This document shows positions 53,907 through 63,930 of a DNA stretch of 64,000 nucleotides, piece by piece. The position numbers and the translations under genes were made by a program. Each line of letters starts with the position of its first letter. Position 1 is the first letter of the stretch. Under the pieces are notes generated by a model. It was not told where the DNA came from and made no database searches. It was given only the letters and a program-made list of their open reading frames with translations. Source of the stretch: Acutalibacteraceae bacterium (GTDB lineage: Bacteria; Bacillota; Clostridia; Oscillospirales; Acutalibacteraceae); assembly GCA_045604385.1 (NCBI GenBank), contig JAZUNX010000051.1:1501-65500 (forward strand). The letters are read 5' to 3'.

Positions 53907-54974
53907 TCACTTATTCCCGTTAATAACCGCGTAAAAATTACTCTCCCAGGCAGGGATATAAGGGTGATGTCTGAAATATACACTATATCTGCTGTCAATT
54001 TCCTTGATTTTCAGCGGCAGGACATACATATCCTCGTTGCGGTGGTATGCACAGACATAAAGCTTCGGCAGATATTTTTTAATTGTCTGTCTTGCCCCGT
54101 CTAAAGCCTTCGCCTCGGCACCCTCGATATCCATTTTAAGGAACGTTACCTTGTCTTTTACTATATTATCCACGCTGTCAAAATTTACAGGTATGCCGCT
54201 TTCGTCTTTTCTTGAATTCCTTCCGCCTTTTTTTGCAAAGAAAAGAGTTTCTTTTTTGTCCCACGCGCCAAGATTGTATCTTTCGATTTTGTCAAGACCT
54301 TCTGTTTTTCTTGTTAGCTTTCTGAAGTTCTTTTCGTCAGGCTCAAAGGCGATAATCTTTTTATATTTTCCGTATGTAACCGAAAGAAACTCTCGTATAG
54401 TGTCTCCGTCATAAGCACCGAGGTCAACTATAACCTCGTCATCAGTCAGGTGCAGAATATCTTCATAAAGCCTCTCTTTTTCATACATGGACGAAAAAAG
54501 ATATTCGGTTTTACCCGATATTTTGAAATTTATAACGTCAATAAAGTCACTTTTGCTTTTTTCGTCGCATAAAATATTATATGCCTTGTCAAAGTCATCG
54601 TTATGCTCTTTAAGATAATTAAAGGTAAAAAGCCCTTTCCCTGCGATAGGTACAGTGGGGGAGTAGAACTCACATTCCTTTGACATTTCACGGACTTTAT
54701 TGAGAGTAGCCTCATCATGAACCGCAAAGGTCATAAGGACTATGAAATCGTTGTACTTTTCCTTGATTTCAGAATAGGTGAGAACTTTTTTGCCGTGAAA
54801 GGAGTGGCCTCTTACAAAGCCGTCACTTGCGAAAACATCTTTATACTCAACTCCGAGAGAGTCAAGAACTTCGATTATCATATCCGCACCGTTGCCCATA
54901 CCGTATAAAACTATAGGCTTGTCGGTGTTTTTCAGTCTTTCCCACAGGGAAATATCCTTGATATATTCAGTCAT
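53907..54974 (-). CDS. FkbM-family SAM-dependent methyltransferase with an N-terminal Rossmann-like extension
   Basis: VIVDLGAYDGDT...IIAFEPDEKNFRKL and MDIEGAE motifs are typical of the FkbM family. Confidence 0.7.
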   Translation of the reverse strand: MTEYIKDISLWERLKNTDKPIVLYGMGNGADMIIEVLDSLGVEYKDVFASDGFVRGHSFHGKKVLTYSEIKEKYNDFIVLMTFAVHDEATLNKVREMSKECEFYSPTVPIAGKGLFTFNYLKEHNDDFDKAYNILCDEKSKSDFIDVINFKISGKTEYLFSSMYEKERLYEDILHLTDDEVIVDLGAYDGDTIREFLSVTYGKYKKIIAFEPDEKNFRKLTRKTEGLDKIERYNLGAWDKKETLFFAKKGGRNSRKDESGIPVNFDSVDNIVKDKVTFLKMDIEGAEAKALDGARQTIKKYLPKLYVCAYHRNEDMYVLPLKIKEIDSRYSVYFRHHPYIPAWESNFYAVINGNK

Positions 54975-55138
54975 TTCATCACTTCTTTTTTTGTGCTTTT
55001 TACCGATTTTAACATAAGATGGTCATAAAAGCAATACGACGTTATTTTTGCTGAAAAAATATTTTTTTACAATCTTTTTTATTTTTTGCTGTACAAATAT
55101 AAAAAAGTGTGTTATAATTAACCAACCTAAAGGAGGTT

Positions 55139-55585
55139 ATGGATATGAAACACGTAAAAAAAATCCTTGTAATTGCACTTGCTACACTTATGGTGCTCAC
55201 AGTTTTCACTGCCTGCAGTGCATCACCTGAAAAGAAGCTTATCGGCTCATGGAGAGATTCCACAGGTATGACAGGCTATGAATTCAAAGAAGAAGGCAAA
55301 TGTGTTGTTACCTTTGCCGATGTAAAGGTACCCATTCTCAATGTAAACTTTAACGGTGCTGTTGACGGCGTTTATTCCGTTGAAAAAAGAGATGACGGCA
55401 ATTACTATGTAACAGTTACATACACTATTTACGCAAAGAGTGTTACCAAGGATTATATGTTCACTGTCGATGAAAGCGCACTTACCCTTCAGGATACTAC
55501 TGATAACTCTGTAACTGTGCTTATGGCTTATGAAGCTCCTGCAGATTCCACAGTTGCACCGACAGCTGAAGCCACAGTTGCTTAA
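55139..55585 (+). CDS. Lipoprotein with one copy of a ~90-aa (G-x-W ... NGxxxGxY) repeat module, DUF5640-like
   Basis: Lipobox VFTAC. The module is similar to the three modules in the next gene. Confidence 0.55.
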   Translation: MDMKHVKKILVIALATLMVLTVFTACSASPEKKLIGSWRDSTGMTGYEFKEEGKCVVTFADVKVPILNVNFNGAVDGVYSVEKRDDGNYYVTVTYTIYAKSVTKDYMFTVDESALTLQDTTDNSVTVLMAYEAPADSTVAPTAEATVA

Positions 55586-55595
55586 AAGCAAAAGA

Positions 55596-55627
55596 GGGGT
55601 ATCCTGACGGATACCCTTATTATTTTA
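55596..55627 (+). terminator. Rho-independent terminator
   Basis: GGGTATCC-TGAC-GGATACCC followed by TTATTATTTT. Confidence 0.6.
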
Positions 55628-55642
55628 AAGAGGTAAATATTT

Positions 55643-56782
55643 ATGGATAAAAGCACAAAAATTATAGCAGGTCTTCTCGCAGCAATAGTGGCTGTTTTTG
55701 TTGTAGTGGTAGCTATTACCACCACAGCTATGAAAAAGGATGACGAGCCTACTGTTACAGCTATAGATGCCCCCACGGTTACCGTCGCATCCGATGTCAC
55801 AACTACCCCGACCACTACCGAAACCACAGTTCCGCCCACACCCTTGAGCGAGCTTATTTTAGGTCAGTGGACAGACAGTGCAAATATGAGCGGTTATGCT
55901 TTTTATGCTGACGGCACCGTTGAAATGACTTATGTTAATCTTGTCGTTCCCATAATCAATATTCCTATTAACGGCACTTCGACGGGTACTTATACCCTTG
56001 ACGGAGACAAGCTTACTACCAAATTTTCCATCTATTCTGCTACCATTGAAAATAAGTACACCGTAAGTGTGGTAAACAATTCTCTTTCAATGAAGGATCA
56101 CGAAGACGGCGAAACAGCTACTTATCAGAGAGCCTCTGCCACCGCAACAACTGTGGCAGGCACTACCAAGGAAGCTGCCGATGTTGACGAGATTGTTGGC
56201 TCTTGGATAAACGATAATTCTACAGTCAGGTATGCCTTTAATGACGACGGAACTCTTAAGGTGACTTTCTCGAATGCGAAGGTTGCTTCAATCAGCACAT
56301 CAGTTCTTAACGGAGAGTATACGGGTGTTTATCTTACTGACGGCACTTCGATTATAATTCAGTTCACTGTTGACGGACAGAAGGTAACAAAGAAATGTGA
56401 TTTTTCCGTTTCAAAGAATACTCTTTCACTTACTGATGAAACAGGCAATACTGACCTTTATGTCCGTGAAGGCACTGCAATCGTAACTCCCGGCTCGGGC
56501 GACCTTATAGGTAAATGGAGTGACAGCACAGGTATGAGCGGCTACGAGTTCAAAGAGGGTGGAGTGGTAGTGATTACTTATGTCAACTTCACCGTACCCG
56601 TGGTGAATATTCCGATTAACGGCAGCTTTACAGGCTCCTATTCCATAAACGGAAACAAGATTACAATCAGCTATTCCATTTACGGAAACAGTATAGTTGA
56701 CACTTTTGATTACACAGTAAACGGAAACAGCCTTTCACTTAAGGCGGATGACGGAAATGTTTCCACCTACATTAAAAAGTGA
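55643..56782 (+). CDS. Membrane-anchored protein with a Thr/Pro-rich linker and three tandem copies of the same ~90-aa module
   Basis: TM IIAGLLAAIVAVFVVVVAI. Repeats begin at GQWTDSANMSGY, GSWINDNSTVRY and GKWSDSTGMSGY. Confidence 0.55.
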   Translation: MDKSTKIIAGLLAAIVAVFVVVVAITTTAMKKDDEPTVTAIDAPTVTVASDVTTTPTTTETTVPPTPLSELILGQWTDSANMSGYAFYADGTVEMTYVNLVVPIINIPINGTSTGTYTLDGDKLTTKFSIYSATIENKYTVSVVNNSLSMKDHEDGETATYQRASATATTVAGTTKEAADVDEIVGSWINDNSTVRYAFNDDGTLKVTFSNAKVASISTSVLNGEYTGVYLTDGTSIIIQFTVDGQKVTKKCDFSVSKNTLSLTDETGNTDLYVREGTAIVTPGSGDLIGKWSDSTGMSGYEFKEGGVVVITYVNFTVPVVNIPINGSFTGSYSINGNKITISYSIYGNSIVDTFDYTVNGNSLSLKADDGNVSTYIKK

Positions 56783-56791
56783 GGGTAATAT

Positions 56792-57286
56792 ATGACACAG
56801 CAGGAAAAAGTCTATAAAACCCTTGATGACCTTGGTATAGAGTACAAGGTTATTCACCACGAGGCAGTATGCACCATAGAAGATATGGATGCTATGGGGA
56901 TTTTTACTGACGGAGAGGTCTGCAAAAACCTCTTTCTCCGTAACGCCAACGGCAAGACACACTATGTGGTTTCAATGCTCAAGGACAAGCATCCCGATAT
57001 ACAAAAGGATATAAGAAGTCAGCTCGGCTGTTCAAGACTCAGCTTCGGCTCCGATGAAAGACTTATGAAGCATCTCGGTCTGGAGCCGGGAGCCGTTTCG
57101 CCCTTCGGTATTATCAATGATGAGGATGCAGATGTCAATGTAGTTTTAGACAGCGACCTTAAAAGTATCGACGGCTACATCGGCTTTCATCCTAATGATA
57201 ACACAGCATTTTTATGGCTGAAATTCAGCGACCTTATTAAGTTCATCAAATCGAAAGGCAACGATATTTATTATATCAACGTATAA
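56792..57286 (+). CDS. YbaK/ProX-type aminoacyl-tRNA editing (prolyl-tRNA synthetase-associated) domain protein
   Basis: 164 aa. N-terminus KVYKTLDDLGIEYKVIHHEAV and GAVSPFG motif. Confidence 0.7.
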   Translation: MTQQEKVYKTLDDLGIEYKVIHHEAVCTIEDMDAMGIFTDGEVCKNLFLRNANGKTHYVVSMLKDKHPDIQKDIRSQLGCSRLSFGSDERLMKHLGLEPGAVSPFGIINDEDADVNVVLDSDLKSIDGYIGFHPNDNTAFLWLKFSDLIKFIKSKGNDIYYINV

Positions 57287-57292
57287 AAAAAT

Positions 57293-57330
57293 AAGAGTAA
57301 CAACCATTCCGGCTGTTACTCTTTAATTTT
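57293..57330. terminator. Bidirectional terminator
   Basis: AAGAGTAACA ... TGTTACTCTT flanked by A and T runs. Sits between convergent genes. Confidence 0.65.
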
Positions 57331-57331
57331 A

Positions 57332-58093
57332 TCAGTCTTTATATCTTTCCTTCATGCCGCCTACTACATCGGGAAGGTCAGTGATAATGCCGTCAACCTC
57401 TGCCTGAAGCATCTTATCGATGAAAACGGGGTCGTCAACAGTCCAGGGGTTAACCATAATACCTGCGTCGTGAGCCTTCTTCACGTAATTTTTATCCACG
57501 AAAAGGAATTGCGGATGTAATGCATCAGCTTTGATAGATTTTGCAAACTCAACGGGACGCCAGAACATTGTAAGGGTAATAAGATGATTTGGCGCATAAA
57601 GGAAACCTGTTTTGCATTTGGGGTCAATCTCTTTTGCTTCAACCAAAAGCTTTGGATCAAAGGATGAAATTAAAAGGCGGTCGAAAAGTCCGTGTTCCTT
57701 TACTGCCTCAATTGTTTTTCTTACAATTGCTGTTTCGTTTTCTTTCGGTGATTTGATTTCGATATTGAGTACACTTATATCCGTTGCTTCGACAAAGGAT
57801 AAAAACTCGTCAAGAGTAGGTATCTCTGTTCCCTGGTATTTTTTGCTGAAATAAGAGCCGAAGTCATAGCTTTTAAGCTCGGCAAGAATTTTATCCGCAA
57901 CATTTCCTTTGCCTGTTGATGTTTCGTCGATGGTGTAGTTGTGACAAAGAACAATTTCTCCGTCTTTTGTGATGTGTACATCGGTTTCAAAACCGTCAGT
58001 TCCTATTTCCACGGCTCTTTTAAAAGCAGGAAGAGTGTTTTGAGGTGCATATTTATTAGCTCCTCTGTGAGTAATAATTTTGCAATCTGACAT
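57332..58093 (-). CDS. Glycerophosphodiester phosphodiesterase
   Basis: ITHRGANKYAPQNTLPAF and GFETDVHITKDG motifs. 253 aa. Confidence 0.85.
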   Translation of the reverse strand: MSDCKIITHRGANKYAPQNTLPAFKRAVEIGTDGFETDVHITKDGEIVLCHNYTIDETSTGKGNVADKILAELKSYDFGSYFSKKYQGTEIPTLDEFLSFVEATDISVLNIEIKSPKENETAIVRKTIEAVKEHGLFDRLLISSFDPKLLVEAKEIDPKCKTGFLYAPNHLITLTMFWRPVEFAKSIKADALHPQFLFVDKNYVKKAHDAGIMVNPWTVDDPVFIDKMLQAEVDGIITDLPDVVGGMKERYKD

Positions 58094-58296
58094 TTTATCA
58101 CCTTATTTTCATATTTTCCGTATGTATTATAGCACCCATTATTTGAAAAATCAATCACTATTGATACAGATATTAATTATATCGAAAATTTAATATTTTA
58201 TTCAAATTGCTCCGAATTTATTTAAAACAGTTGACCTTTCATAAAATATTTGTTATTATTTTAAAAAATAATATTAACTGAAGGGGAGTTTTTGGA

Positions 58297-59853
58297 ATGA
58301 TAAAAAACAGAACTGTCTTTATTCAGAAAACCATTTACTATGTTTTGCTTTTCCTGTTTGTTCTCAGCACAGTTGCAGGTTGGTTCGGTATCGATGCATC
58401 CACAGTGAATGTGCGTATGAAGGAATATAAGCCTGAGCAGGAAATCACAGGCTGGGGTACCTCTGCGTGCTGGTGGGCACAGGTCGCAGGTGATAACGAA
58501 AATGCCGACGAATATGCGAAGCTTCTTTATTCAAAGGAAGGGCTCGGTCTTAATGTTTACCGCTACAATGTAGGTGGCGGCGAAAAAGATAATCCCGACT
58601 TCAGAATCAGCGTTCACGATCCTTATCACCTTAATTGGAGATTAACTGAAAGTTTCCTTGTTTATAACGAAGAAACAGGTGAATATGAGTATGACTGGAC
58701 CAAGGATGCGGCTGCACAGAATATGCTTGATATTTCTCTTGATTACGGTTGCATTGATACAGTTGTTCTATTTGCAAACTCACCTCATTATTCAATGACG
58801 GTTTCAGGTCATGCAACCGGCGGTTTTGAACCTGCTGTCAGCAATCTCAAAAAAGAATGCTATGACGATTACGTAAACTATTTCCTTGATATTACCGAAT
58901 ATTTCATCGATAAAGGTGTTCCCGTAAAATACATCAGCCCTATCAATGAGCCTCAATGGAATTGGGGCGGTGATTGGGTAAATCAGGAAGGCTGTCATTA
59001 CGAAATTGACGAGGTTATCGAACTTGCAAAATTGTTCGCTCTTGAAATCAAAGAAAGAGGTCTTGACGTAAAGCTTTCTATGGCCGAAAGCGGTCAGGTA
59101 GGCGACCATGCTATGGACTGTATGGAGCGTCTTTATGCCGATGAAGATATTGCCGACGTTATGGGTACCTATGCATATCACAGCTACTGGACAGATGATA
59201 ATTTCGCTCTCAAATATGCTTTCGGTAATTACCTTAAGAAACAGTACCCCGCTGTTGAGGTTGAAATGAGCGAGTGGTGTGAACTTCCCTGTGAGCACAC
59301 AATCGATGATATTGAAGGCGCACTTATTATGGCAAGAACAATGTGTGAGGATATATCTCTTACCGGTGCAAATTCTTGGACATCCTGGGTAGGTGTTAAC
59401 GGAGGTCTTCTGAATGCGGACTCTATGATCGGTGCCGACGATGAATGTGAAGAATATATCGTAGGCAAAAAATACTACGCTATGGCTCATTATTCCAAAT
59501 TTATTCCCGTTGGTTCCCGTAGAATTGATGCAAGCATCAGCGTTGCAGATATTGAAATGGAAAAAGCATGGTGGACACAGCAGATTGACGATAAAGAATA
59601 TCCCGTATATCTTGTCAATAAAAATGATTTCTATATTTCTACTTATGTCACACCTGACGGTGATTATGTTGCCGTTATTGTCAATGAAGCTGACGAAGGC
59701 AGAAAGGTCAGATTTGACAAAGTATGGAAGAACATGGATGTATATACTACCGATGCTGAAAGAAACCTTGAGCTTACAAGTGAAAAGGGTATAGGACTCA
59801 AGAGTGTCGAAATCGGACCCAAGAGCATTACAACTGTTGTTTTCAGCCGATAA
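58297..59853 (+). CDS. GH30-family glycoside hydrolase, membrane-anchored or secreted
   Basis: N-terminal TM. SPINEPQW (acid/base) and MSEWCE (nucleophile) contexts. Confidence 0.7.
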   Translation: MIKNRTVFIQKTIYYVLLFLFVLSTVAGWFGIDASTVNVRMKEYKPEQEITGWGTSACWWAQVAGDNENADEYAKLLYSKEGLGLNVYRYNVGGGEKDNPDFRISVHDPYHLNWRLTESFLVYNEETGEYEYDWTKDAAAQNMLDISLDYGCIDTVVLFANSPHYSMTVSGHATGGFEPAVSNLKKECYDDYVNYFLDITEYFIDKGVPVKYISPINEPQWNWGGDWVNQEGCHYEIDEVIELAKLFALEIKERGLDVKLSMAESGQVGDHAMDCMERLYADEDIADVMGTYAYHSYWTDDNFALKYAFGNYLKKQYPAVEVEMSEWCELPCEHTIDDIEGALIMARTMCEDISLTGANSWTSWVGVNGGLLNADSMIGADDECEEYIVGKKYYAMAHYSKFIPVGSRRIDASISVADIEMEKAWWTQQIDDKEYPVYLVNKNDFYISTYVTPDGDYVAVIVNEADEGRKVRFDKVWKNMDVYTTDAERNLELTSEKGIGLKSVEIGPKSITTVVFSR

Positions 59854-59866
59854 AGTAAATACTTTT

Positions 59867-59902
59867 CCTCAGGTTGCTTTTTGTGACCTGAGGATTTTAT
59901 TT
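59867..59902 (+). terminator. Rho-independent terminator
   Basis: CCTCAGGT ... ACCTGAGG followed by ATTTTATTT. Confidence 0.6.
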
Positions 59903-59955
59903 ACATTTGACTTTATCGGTAATATTATATATAATGTCCTTATCAATTTGTTCAG

Positions 59956-61134
59956 GTGATATATTTGAAAAAACTGAAAATGCTTTGTGCCTTTCTTTCT
60001 GTTTTGCTTGTGATTCTTGTCGGAATACTCGTTTTTCTTGTTGTGAACAGTGACGGGGACAATGTGGATATTTTTAAATATTACGAAAAAAGCTCTTATA
60101 AAGAGTATACCTTAAATGAAAACTATCTTAAATTTATAGGCAGAAGTGCTGTCATTGATGATGGAATTATTCTTTCTGCTTCCGGAAGCGGTATAGAGTT
60201 TATCTGCAAGGGCGACTATGCTGAAATAACCCTTGAGCCTGAAAGCCTCTATGTTTCTTCATCTCACAGCCCACGAATAGCCGTTTATTGCGACGGAAAT
60301 CTTGTGGCTATGGAGTGTGTTACCGAAGAAAAGACCTACCGCATAAATTCAAAATACAGCGGGTCAAAGATAACACTTGTAAAGCTTTCCGAACCTATGC
60401 ATTCTTCTGTGAAGGTCGGCAAAGTTGCTTCCTACGGAATTAAGGATATTGAGCCTACAGAGGAAAAGGATCTTAAAATCGAATTTATTGGTGATTCCAT
60501 TACCTGTGGTTACGGAATTGACGGCAGTGCTTACGGTGGCTTTTCCACCTCTACGGAAAACTTTATGAAAAGCTATGCTTACCTTACCGCCGAAAATCTC
60601 AATGCGGATTACAGTGCTGTATGCTATTCGGGTTACGGAGTGCTTACAGGTTACACGGAAAACGGCATAATTAACGATAAAATAGTAATGAATGAATATG
60701 ATAAAGCTTGTCACCTTACGGGGCAGGAGGATCCGCTCTGGGATTTTTCGAGGGTGAAAAATGATCTTGTTGTTATTAATCTCGGCACAAACGATGCTTC
60801 TTACTGCGGGAGCAGCTCTTACGGAAGACAAAGGTTTGTTGAGGCGTATGTGAATATGCTTATGACTGTAAGAGAGAAAAATCCCGATGCATATATACTT
60901 TGTATCCTCGGTGATATGAATAATTCTCTTTATCCGTCTATCGAAACTGCCGTATCCCGCTATTCGGAAGCATCTTTCGACAGTCGTGTTGAGGCTTTTT
61001 CCGTGGATTTTAAAATGGGAGAAAATGATATTGTAGTTGATGGACATCCGGGTGCTTTGTCTAATCTTTGCGCAAGCGAAGTCCTTACGGAAAAAATTAA
61101 AACCCTTATAAATTATGGCTTGATAGAAAGGTAG
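59956..61134 (+). CDS. SGNH/GDSL hydrolase, CE2-like acetyl esterase with an N-terminal beta-sandwich
   Basis: FIGDSITCGYG (block I), GTNDAS (block III), DGHPG (block V). TM anchor. The start (GTG at 59956 or a downstream ATG) is uncertain. Confidence 0.7.
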   Translation: MIYLKKLKMLCAFLSVLLVILVGILVFLVVNSDGDNVDIFKYYEKSSYKEYTLNENYLKFIGRSAVIDDGIILSASGSGIEFICKGDYAEITLEPESLYVSSSHSPRIAVYCDGNLVAMECVTEEKTYRINSKYSGSKITLVKLSEPMHSSVKVGKVASYGIKDIEPTEEKDLKIEFIGDSITCGYGIDGSAYGGFSTSTENFMKSYAYLTAENLNADYSAVCYSGYGVLTGYTENGIINDKIVMNEYDKACHLTGQEDPLWDFSRVKNDLVVINLGTNDASYCGSSSYGRQRFVEAYVNMLMTVREKNPDAYILCILGDMNNSLYPSIETAVSRYSEASFDSRVEAFSVDFKMGENDIVVDGHPGALSNLCASEVLTEKIKTLINYGLIER

Positions 61135-61143
61135 TGCTGACAG

Positions 61144-62139
61144 TTGAAAGAAATATTTTTCTTTTCCTTTAATGCGGTAATGCCTATTCTCATACTCATT
61201 CTTGTAGGTTACTTTTTAAGAGAGATACATTTTGCCGATGATACTTTCTTCAAAAAAGCTAACACGATGGTTTTCAAGGTGTTTTTACCTGTTCTGCTTT
61301 TCAATAATGTTTATGCTATAGAAAGTCTGTCCTATATCAAATGGGATGCTCTTTTGTTTTGTGTTATTGCCGTTCTTATAATCTGCCTTGTTGCATATCT
61401 CACTTCGGGATTTTTTTCCCGTAACAGAAAGCAGAAGGGTGTTCTTACCCAATGTGCCTTCCGTTCAAATTATGCTATTATCGGCATACCTCTTGCGGAA
61501 AGTTTGGGCGGAGCCGAGGCAGTGGCTTTTGCATCTGTCCTTTCAGCTGTGGCTATCCCTCTTTTCAATGTTCTTGCTGTTATAATCCTTTCCCATTATG
61601 CCGATGACGAAAAAGAAGCTTCTGTTAAAAAGACACTTATTAAAACAGCAAAAAATCCGCTGATTTTGGGTGTTTTAAGCGGTGTTCTTGTTGTAATTTT
61701 AAGGAATATTTTACCTTTTGATTTTACAATTAAAGAAAATCTTCCCTTTCTTTACACGGCAATCAATAATATTAGTAAAGTCGCATCTCCTCTGGCACTT
61801 ATTGTTTTAGGTGCAAGATTTGACTTTTCAAAAGTGTCCTTCCTGTTTAAGCAGATTATATGGGGAACTCTTTTTAAGACGGTTATAACTCCTGTTTTAG
61901 TTTTGTCCGCTGCGGTGCTTCTTTCCGAATATACAGGAATAATTAATCTTACTGCTGTGGAATATCCTGCATTTATCTCGCTTTTTGCATCGCCTGTTGC
62001 TGTTTCAAGTGCCGTAATGGTCGGTGAAATCGGTGGTGATGAACAGCTTGCGGGTCAGCTTGTGGTGTGGACAAGTATACTTTCGATGGTAACAATGTTT
62101 CTTATAATTTTTGCAATGAAAGCACTAATGCTTATATGA
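61144..62139 (+). CDS. AEC (auxin efflux carrier) family transporter
   Basis: TTG start. About 10 TM segments. N-terminus FNAVMPILILILVGYFLR is typical of the family. Confidence 0.75.
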   Translation: MKEIFFFSFNAVMPILILILVGYFLREIHFADDTFFKKANTMVFKVFLPVLLFNNVYAIESLSYIKWDALLFCVIAVLIICLVAYLTSGFFSRNRKQKGVLTQCAFRSNYAIIGIPLAESLGGAEAVAFASVLSAVAIPLFNVLAVIILSHYADDEKEASVKKTLIKTAKNPLILGVLSGVLVVILRNILPFDFTIKENLPFLYTAINNISKVASPLALIVLGARFDFSKVSFLFKQIIWGTLFKTVITPVLVLSAAVLLSEYTGIINLTAVEYPAFISLFASPVAVSSAVMVGEIGGDEQLAGQLVVWTSILSMVTMFLIIFAMKALMLI

Positions 62140-62163
62140 TAAATTCAGTAAAGGAGAATCAAT

Positions 62164-63885
62164 ATGGATATTAAAAAAACAGTTATCGGTGCTTCTGCCG
62201 CCGTTACGGGTGCCGCTGCAGGTATAGCGGCTAAAAAAGTTGCAGACAAGACCTTCTGTCCCATCTGCAGTGCAAAAAAACTTATAAACAATTTCCGACT
62301 TACCCAATCTGCCGATAATAACTATAACAACGGTGTAGCACTTACTCCGCCTATGGGTTGGTCGAGCTGGAACCTTTTCAGACACAAGATAAGCGAAAAG
62401 CTTATAAAAGAAATTGCCGATGCCATGAAGGACAGCGGACTTGTTGATGCAGGCTACTGCTATGTTAATATTGATGACTGCTGGCAGGCCTCCGAGCGTG
62501 ACAGTGACGGTAAACTTCAGTGTGACAAGCTTACTTTCCCGAGCGGAATAAAGGCTCTTTCGCAATATGTCAACGAAAGAGGCGTAAAGCTCGGCATTTA
62601 TTCTTCGAACGGCACTTATACCTGTGAGGATTATCCCGCATCCTTAAGAAATGAAAGAATTGATGCAGAAACCTTTGCAGAGTGGGGAATAGAATATTTC
62701 AAATACGATTTCTGTCATAACGTTCCCATTCCTTCTCTTGCCCCCCGCATTATCGCTGTTTCCTTTGCAAAAGAGGGAGCAGGTGAACCCTTTGCTTATT
62801 TCACGTCTGCTGAAATGAAGCTTAAAGGTCTTGCCCGTATAGTGCCCGATGAAACCATCGACACAAAAAATTATATTGACGGCCTTGATGCGAAAAACGG
62901 CAGTTTCACTGTTGAGGTTGAAACAGAAAAAGCAGGGGAGTACATCCTTAATATTGACGTCAGAAAGGATGCAAGAAAAGAAAAATTCATTATGGCTGTA
63001 GTAAACGGCAAAGAAGAATATCATCTTTACTGTGTCAGCCGTAAAAATTGGACGCCGGAAGGCAAAATGCAAACGACGGTTTATCTTGATGAAGGTGTCA
63101 ATACAGTCGAATTTATAAATCCCGTAGCTTCAAGAATGGATAGTGCCGCTATTCAGTATAAGCTTATGGGTCGTGAACTAAAACGAGCCACGAAGCTTTA
63201 TGCCGAGAAAACAGGCACAGAAGAAAAGCCTATTGTATACTCCATTTGTGAATGGGGCTTCAACAAGCCATGGAAATGGGGCGCGGAAGCAGGTAATCTT
63301 TGGAGAACAACTCCCGACATCAAGGCAACCTGGCTTTCTGTTTTGGCTCTTTATGAACATACTGTCCGTCTTTATAAATATTCCGCACCGGGTGCATGGA
63401 ATGACCCGGATATGCTCGAGGTGGGCAACGGCAATCTTACCTACGAAGAAAACAAGGCACATTTCAGCCTCTGGTGTATGATGAATGCTCCACTTATTTT
63501 GGGTAACGATGTCCGCAAGTTCATCGTTGACGGCAAAATTGATACGGAAAGCAAGGTTTATCAGATTCTTACCAATAAAACTATGATTTCCATCAATCAG
63601 GATCCTCTCGGCGTTCAGTGTCAGCGAATCAAAGTAGGTGTTACGGATATTCTTGTTAAGCCTCTCAAGGATTCAAAGGCGGCAGTTTGTGTTCTTAACA
63701 AAGGCTCTAACTCCTCCTGTACAAGAATTGACCTTAAAAAGATTGCAAATCTCGGCTTCCTCAATCTTCCCAAAAAGGACGGCTACAAGGTTACGGATGT
63801 TTGGGATGAAAAATTTACCGAGGATACCCGTATTATCAATACCGTCACCGAAGGTCACGGCGTCAAGGTATTCATTATTGAATAA
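62164..63885 (+). CDS. GH27 alpha-galactosidase with a domain nested inside the catalytic barrel
   Basis: LTPPMGWSSWN, YVNIDDCW, FKYDFC (nucleophile), ICEWG and WNDPDMLEVGN motifs. About 165 aa lie between YDFC and CEWG, where about 30 is usual. Confidence 0.8.
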   Translation: MDIKKTVIGASAAVTGAAAGIAAKKVADKTFCPICSAKKLINNFRLTQSADNNYNNGVALTPPMGWSSWNLFRHKISEKLIKEIADAMKDSGLVDAGYCYVNIDDCWQASERDSDGKLQCDKLTFPSGIKALSQYVNERGVKLGIYSSNGTYTCEDYPASLRNERIDAETFAEWGIEYFKYDFCHNVPIPSLAPRIIAVSFAKEGAGEPFAYFTSAEMKLKGLARIVPDETIDTKNYIDGLDAKNGSFTVEVETEKAGEYILNIDVRKDARKEKFIMAVVNGKEEYHLYCVSRKNWTPEGKMQTTVYLDEGVNTVEFINPVASRMDSAAIQYKLMGRELKRATKLYAEKTGTEEKPIVYSICEWGFNKPWKWGAEAGNLWRTTPDIKATWLSVLALYEHTVRLYKYSAPGAWNDPDMLEVGNGNLTYEENKAHFSLWCMMNAPLILGNDVRKFIVDGKIDTESKVYQILTNKTMISINQDPLGVQCQRIKVGVTDILVKPLKDSKAAVCVLNKGSNSSCTRIDLKKIANLGFLNLPKKDGYKVTDVWDEKFTEDTRIINTVTEGHGVKVFIIE

Positions 63886-63891
63886 AATTTT

Positions 63892-63930
63892 TCAGCAGTA
63901 CTGTTTTCGGTACTGCTGATTTTATCTTTT
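63892..63930. terminator. Terminator hairpin (probably bidirectional)
   Basis: TCAGCAGTAC ... GTACTGCTGA followed by TTTTATCTTTT. A-rich on the other side. Confidence 0.6.

Noticed and set aside
53609-53923. 104-aa plus-strand ORF covering the tRNA-Leu leader region.
   Set aside because: - It has no SD.
- It runs antisense to a promoter-driven structured region.
- It overlaps the FkbM gene end.
- The composition looks like translated GC-rich hairpins.
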